From positions 4,896,001 to 4,960,000 of the forward strand of contig CP181291.1 in NCBI GenBank assembly GCA_052279835.1: a stretch of DNA of 64,000 nucleotides. The letters are read 5' to 3'. A model generated the notes under the pieces. That model saw only the letters and a program-made list of their open reading frames with translations. It did no database searches and was not told the DNA's origin. A program made the position numbers and the translations under genes. Shown piece after piece: positions 59,065-64,000 of the stretch. This DNA is from Microcoleus sp. (GTDB lineage: Bacteria > Cyanobacteriota > Cyanobacteriia > Cyanobacteriales > Microcoleaceae). Each line of letters starts with the position of its first letter. Within the stretch, counting starts at the first letter, position 1.

Positions 59065-59385
59065 TTACTTCAAATAAAGAGATGTTTGATACAAAACTTG
59101 TTCTTGATGAGTTAACAAAGTGCAGTCAGAAAGCGGGTAAGCTACACAAGTAACAGCGTAGCCAGCTTGCAATTCTGAGGACTTCAAAAACTTTTGTTCG
59201 CTTTGGTCAATTTTGCCGCTAAGCAGCTTGACAACGCAGGCAGAACACTCTCCTTGCTTGCATCCATTGGGCAAGCGAATGCCGGCATCTTCTGCCATAT
59301 CTAAGATATACTGGTCGTCTGGTACGGCGATCGTGCGATCGAGCGCTAGTTCCTGATTTACAAACCGAACTTGATAAACTGCCAT
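59065..59385 (-). CDS. Plant-type 2Fe-2S ferredoxin-like protein
   Basis: CKQGECSAC...VTC (Cx4Cx2Cx29C). Confidence 0.9.
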   Translation of the reverse strand: MAVYQVRFVNQELALDRTIAVPDDQYILDMAEDAGIRLPNGCKQGECSACVVKLLSGKIDQSEQKFLKSSELQAGYAVTCVAYPLSDCTLLTHQEQVLYQTSLYLK

Positions 59386-59521
59386 TTTTTTCTCTGTATT
59401 CGCGAAGGGGCTGGTTTAGTATGCTGTTAGTCTTAGCAAAAATTTCGGGTAAAACCCGCCCCGACAAGTAAAAAAGGCAGGTTTATGATGGTGTTAATTT
59501 TACCGCAGTAAATGTGTATAT

Positions 59522-60169
59522 CTAAACAAGTGCCTGTTGATAGTCGAGATTTTCATCGAGATAAATAGCTCGAATATCATCCGGCAAATTAGATTCCAGA
59601 GTTTGATATCCTTTTTGCAGTAAAGCCCTTACCTGAGCCGGGGAAATAGCTTCACCTTCTGCTTGTAAATAAGCAGCAATTCTGGTTTCGCTCCAGCGGA
59701 AAGTCTGAGCCATCAACACCACTAAACGTGGTAGGGGTGCTAACAATTCTAAGGCTTGTTTGAGGTAACACCAGAGAGGGGGTGGAGCGGATTGTAAAGA
59801 ATAATGAATAGTCTCAACCGGAGGCAATTCTGCTTGATTTATGCAGATAGCCGTGACATTAATGAGCCAGTTTTGCAGACTGAGATTGTCGCCATCAGAC
59901 TCTTGGATTTCCCGGCGCAAATCGAGGCCTCGGAGTTCGTGATAGATGTGCAGCCAAGTGTGGGCGAATAGGTAATCTCCTTGGACTGGCGATCGCACAG
60001 AATGGCGAATTAGGGAATGTACTATTTGAGCGTAGCGGCAAAAAATTGCCGTAAAGAACTTACCCTGATCGGGATGATTTTGAAACAGGGTCAATAATTC
60101 GCGATCGCTGTGATGGAACAGGGATTTAACCACAGGATGGTTGAATTCTGAAAAATTAGGTGTTTGCAC
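59522..60169 (-). CDS. Sigma-70-like (region 2/4) conserved cyanobacterial protein
   Basis: GTG start QTPNF, SDRELL.LFQ, FTAIFCRY, region-4-like WSETRIAAYL. Confidence 0.7.
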   Translation of the reverse strand: MQTPNFSEFNHPVVKSLFHHSDRELLTLFQNHPDQGKFFTAIFCRYAQIVHSLIRHSVRSPVQGDYLFAHTWLHIYHELRGLDLRREIQESDGDNLSLQNWLINVTAICINQAELPPVETIHYSLQSAPPPLWCYLKQALELLAPLPRLVVLMAQTFRWSETRIAAYLQAEGEAISPAQVRALLQKGYQTLESNLPDDIRAIYLDENLDYQQALV

Positions 60170-60302
60170 AATTGTTCTGGAATGGTTTGGTAATAAATAT
60201 TGAAATAGTACCATATCCTCCGCCACTGGGTGTTTAGAGCGCAAACACATCTCCCGACTGCGATCGCACTTAGCAGAGCTAAGGTTTTTGCTCTGGGGGA
60301 GG

Positions 60303-61562
60303 CTACTTTTGTGCAGGTTTTATTGCTCCAAATCGCTGCAATGTGTGAGTGTACCAGTCGATATCCCCCGAAGTTGCAAATTGGGGGCTGTTTCGGTCGC
60401 ATTTTTGCTTTACGGTTTTCAAACTTTCTGTGTCGCTTTTAGTTGCTTCCAGCACCTGGAATAAGATGCAGTGAGCTAGCCCTTCTTGGTTCTCAAGCGG
60501 CTTTTTTTCGTCAATATCTATCGCTTTTTTGAGGTTTTCAGTAGCTGCGGTGTAGTCTTTTTTTTGTAATAGCGTCCATCCCAGATTTTTGTATAATTTG
60601 TATTTCACTTCCTCGGTTTGACTGGTCTCCAAACCGAGACGAAACATGGTCTCAGCTTCGGTGTAGTCTTGTTTGAGAAAAGCTAACCGCCCCAAATTGT
60701 TAAAAGCTTTGTGTTGCTTTCCGGATAAGGCAGTTTGATACGCTGTTTTAGCATCGTCAAATTTGAGCAGGGCTTCGTAAACTTCGCCCCGATACAGGTA
60801 AAAATCAGCATTCTGCGGGTCGAGGGCGATCGCTTGGTCGAAGTTATTTCGTGCTTGGTCTAACTGACCTTGAGCCAGATGTTTTTGCCCCTTTTTACTG
60901 TAATATTTAGCAAGACTTGGCAGGGAAGCGTTGAGAGCGATCGCGCTCAGCAGCATGATTGCTGACAAGCCACAAGTAAATTCAGACTGGTATTTGAGAG
61001 GAATTTTCCAATTGTTGAGCAAGCGCTCAACAAATTGCTGCCCCCCTTTCGTCAACGAGCCCCCTGCTACCAGCAGCGTCAGCCCGCTTTGGCTGAGCAT
61101 CCCAAATGCTTCGGCGATCCCGACGCCGCCTGCTGCAAACCGTGGCTGAATGCTGCCAATAAAGCTGGTAGTCGTTACTAAGCAAGCAATGCTCAGCAAT
61201 TGCCACAGCCAGTCCCACTGTTTTGACGGCGGCGGGAGTTGGTCGATGTACCACCACCATGCGATTTGGGGGGGATTGAAACTGCGTCGCCACTTATCGA
61301 ACTCGGCTGCTTCGTTAATAGACTCAGCCTGTTCTTTTAAGCGATCGTCTAACCGAAGTACAGCAACTAAACTTTCAGCAGCAGGATTAGTTGTTTTGGA
61401 GAGGGCGGAACTGGCGTTATCCCTGGCTGCGAGAACTTCTAAGACTTGTTCTGGCTGTGGATTTGATGCCTTCTCGATCGCCTTCAGGGCTGTCTCATAG
61501 CGAGCGATCGCCAAATCTAAATCCGAAGTAACTTCTGCCTCAGAATTTGCATCAATACCCAT
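60303..61562 (-). CDS. Membrane protein with C-terminal TPR repeats
   Basis: WWWY motif, three hydrophobic segments, TPR units (AIALDPQNA, FNNLG, YKNLGW). Confidence 0.82.
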   Translation of the reverse strand: MGIDANSEAEVTSDLDLAIARYETALKAIEKASNPQPEQVLEVLAARDNASSALSKTTNPAAESLVAVLRLDDRLKEQAESINEAAEFDKWRRSFNPPQIAWWWYIDQLPPPSKQWDWLWQLLSIACLVTTTSFIGSIQPRFAAGGVGIAEAFGMLSQSGLTLLVAGGSLTKGGQQFVERLLNNWKIPLKYQSEFTCGLSAIMLLSAIALNASLPSLAKYYSKKGQKHLAQGQLDQARNNFDQAIALDPQNADFYLYRGEVYEALLKFDDAKTAYQTALSGKQHKAFNNLGRLAFLKQDYTEAETMFRLGLETSQTEEVKYKLYKNLGWTLLQKKDYTAATENLKKAIDIDEKKPLENQEGLAHCILFQVLEATKSDTESLKTVKQKCDRNSPQFATSGDIDWYTHTLQRFGAIKPAQK

Positions 61563-61658
61563 CGCACCTTAACTGATAAATTGTGAACCCGTCAACTATC
61601 TTAGGACAGTCTATACTATCTCGCCAGCATTCATGCGATCGCATCTTAAGTTTAGTTC

Positions 61659-64000
61659 TCAATTACTGTTTGCATAAAAACCAAAACCTCCGCCCCCAGG
61701 AGTCTCGATCGCAAAAACATCCCCAGGCTGCATTTCCACAGTCGCCGTACTCGCCAACTCCTCAACTTTCCCATCAATCCTTTCCACATAATTCCGTCCC
61801 AAAACACCGTTTCCTCCCCCCTTCAAACCGCAGGGAAAAATCACCCGCCGCCCCGATAAAATCCCCGCCGTCATCGCCTCCCGAAACCGCACTCGCCGCA
61901 CCACACCATTCCCCCCGCGATGATACCCATTCCCCCCGCTATTTTCGCGAATAGCAAAACTTTCTAACAACACCGGAAAGCGCCATTCCAACACTTCTGG
62001 ATCGGTTAAACGCGAATTAGTCATGTGAGTTTGCACCGCATCAGTACCATCAAAATCTGCACCAGCGCCAGAACCACCGCAAATTGTTTCATAATATTGA
62101 TAGCGGTGATTTCCAAATGTAAAATTATTCATAGTTCCCTGGGAAGCCGCCATCACTCCCAACGCACAATACAAAGCATCGGTAATATTCTGCGAAGTTT
62201 CCACATTACCTGCAACTACCGCCGCTGGATAGCGCGGATTCAGCATACAACCTTCGGGATTGATGATTTCTAGAGGTTTCAAACAGCCTGCATTCAGAGG
62301 GATATCGTCATCTACTAAGGTGCGAAAAACATACAAAACAGCGGCTTTGCACACTGCTGCGGGAGCATTAAAATTGTTGATTTGTTGAGGAGAAGTACCA
62401 GTAAAGTCTATTTTGGCACTGCGGGCTGATTTGTCAATAGTGATGGCTACTTTAATCTGTCCGCCACTATCCATCCCATAGGTAAATTCGCCATCTTGCA
62501 ACACATCAATTACCCTGCGTACCGACTCCTCAGCATTGTCTTGGACGAAGCCCATATAAGCCTGTACTGTTTCTAAACCGTAATGTTCTACTATCTTGAT
62601 AAGTTCTTCAGCGCCGCGCTTGTTGGCGGCAATTTGTGCTTGCAAATCGGCAATATTTTGAGCGGGATTGCGGGCTGGAAAATTGCCGGAGGTGAGAAAT
62701 TCTACTAATTCTGATTCTTGGAATTTTCCCTCCCTTACTAGCTGAAAATTGTCCAGCAATACGCCTTCTTCAGTTACTATGGTACTGTTAGGAGGCATGG
62801 AACCGGGAGTGATGCCGCCAATATCGGCATGATGTCCTCGCGAGGCTACATAGAATAGAGGCAGAGAATTAGTATTATCAAATACTGGGGTAATAACGGT
62901 GATATCTGGCAAGTGCGTGCCGCCGTTGTAGGGATTGTTGGATACATAAACATCCCCCGGTTTAAAAGTACCATTCTTGGCGGAAATTAAAGCTGAAATA
63001 CTTTCGCTCATGGAACCGAGATGGACGGGAATATGCGGTGCGTTGGCAACTAATTGCCCGTTTTGGTCGAAGATGGCGCAGGAAAAATCGAGGCGTTCTT
63101 TGATGTTAACTGATGAAGATGTATTTTGTAAAGTGATGCCCATTTGTTCGGCGATCGCCCTAAACAGATTATTAAAGATTTCCAACAACACCGGATCTGC
63201 TTCAACCGCAGACAAACGGGGATTATTTGCGTTGATTGGCGTGCACTTGCGGTTCAAAATGAGATCGTTTCGGGAAGTTAATTCCGCTTCCCAACCCGGT
63301 TCAACGACATTGGTTCCCGTAGCTTCCACAATCAAGGCTGGCCCAATAATGCAGTCGTGCGATCGCAAATTATCCCTTTTGTAGACAGGAGTTTCCCGCC
63401 AGCCGCCAGCCACATACATTTCGACTGTTGAAATTGGTTGCACCGGTAAGATGTCTGTGTCACAATCAGAGGCAATTATTGACCGAACCGGCACATCCAT
63501 TGTTTCTACAACTTCCACCGAAACTGCTTCCACAATCAGCGCTTTTTCTGGCATAATAAAACTGTAACGCTGTCGGTGGACAGCTTCAAATTCAGCCTGC
63601 ATTATCTCAATAGTTGGAGCGAAATTTACGGCTAAAACCGAATCGCTGCCATCATATTTTAAGTGCAGCTTCCTAATAACTAAAACCTCTGCCTTTTCCT
63701 CTGGGGTTTCGGCGCTGCTGCGGCTCAATTCCCTCTTTCCTTCAGCCTCCAATTCTGCCAAAATAGGGTGCAAATCAGTAATTAAATCGAGACTTAATTG
63801 TTGCTCGATCGCCCTTTCGCGCATAGCCCGCACATCAGCCAAACCCATACCATAGGCGGATAACACCCCCGCATAGGGGTGAATAAATACCCGTTTCATG
63901 CCCAAAGCATCGGCGATCGCACAAGCGTGTTGGCCCCCCGCACCGCCAAAACAGCACAATGTATATTCCGAAACATCATAACCGCGCTGAAGCGAGATTT
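61659..64000 (-). CDS. 5-oxoprolinase / hydantoinase A+B fusion, C-terminal part (start lies outside the window)
   Basis: Motifs FGGAGGQHA, DPVLLEIFNN, NIKERLDFSCA, HIPVHLGSM, GGTHLPD, ETPGGGG. Confidence 0.93.
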   Translation of the reverse strand, partial: ISLQRGYDVSEYTLCCFGGAGGQHACAIADALGMKRVFIHPYAGVLSAYGMGLADVRAMRERAIEQQLSLDLITDLHPILAELEAEGKRELSRSSAETPEEKAEVLVIRKLHLKYDGSDSVLAVNFAPTIEIMQAEFEAVHRQRYSFIMPEKALIVEAVSVEVVETMDVPVRSIIASDCDTDILPVQPISTVEMYVAGGWRETPVYKRDNLRSHDCIIGPALIVEATGTNVVEPGWEAELTSRNDLILNRKCTPINANNPRLSAVEADPVLLEIFNNLFRAIAEQMGITLQNTSSSVNIKERLDFSCAIFDQNGQLVANAPHIPVHLGSMSESISALISAKNGTFKPGDVYVSNNPYNGGTHLPDITVITPVFDNTNSLPLFYVASRGHHADIGGITPGSMPPNSTIVTEEGVLLDNFQLVREGKFQESELVEFLTSGNFPARNPAQNIADLQAQIAANKRGAEELIKIVEHYGLETVQAYMGFVQDNAEESVRRVIDVLQDGEFTYGMDSGGQIKVAITIDKSARSAKIDFTGTSPQQINNFNAPAAVCKAAVLYVFRTLVDDDIPLNAGCLKPLEIINPEGCMLNPRYPAAVVAGNVETSQNITDALYCALGVMAASQGTMNNFTFGNHRYQYYETICGGSGAGADFDGTDAVQTHMTNSRLTDPEVLEWRFPVLLESFAIRENSGGNGYHRGGNGVVRRVRFREAMTAGILSGRRVIFPCGLKGGGNGVLGRNYVERIDGKVEELASTATVEMQPGDVFAIETPGGGGFGFYANSN

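Noticed and set aside
1..64000. Very frequent GCGATCGC octamer as a novel signal
   Set aside because: This is the well-known cyanobacterial HIP1 sequence, useful here only as a taxonomic clue.

Overview
A 64-kb piece of chromosome from a filamentous cyanobacterium. GCGATCGC (HIP1) sites are very frequent, heptamer tandem repeats are present, and the proteins look Oscillatoriales/Microcoleus-like; this taxonomy is inferred. Most genes are housekeeping or stress genes: pgi, dusB, argF, proS, rpmB, htpG, clpB, gloA, treS, 5-oxoprolinase, an adenylate cyclase and a helical carotenoid protein. A ~14-kb copper/heavy-metal cluster (33.4-47.4 kb) holds an RppA/RppB (CopR/CopS-like) two-component system, an RND pump with its membrane fusion protein (MFP), CopM/DUF305, an HMA chaperone, a P1B-ATPase and a cupredoxin. 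I found no rRNA, tRNA, CRISPR array, transposase or phage gene, and no single clear novel multi-gene system. The most notable signals are: (1) a GC-rich palindromic repeat family that occurs between genes and also in-frame inside ProRS and the RND pump; (2) three identical 18-bp direct-repeat boxes with a fixed promoter geometry in the metal cluster; (3) a palindrome TC-N3-CT-N2-AG-N3-GA upstream of several stress-type genes; (4) a probable pseudokinase maltokinase domain in TreS; (5) a stand-alone HPPD-like enzyme next to a class II aldolase-fold gene; (6) two tandem lipase-RTX paralogs. All assignments come from reading motifs by eye, with no database searches.
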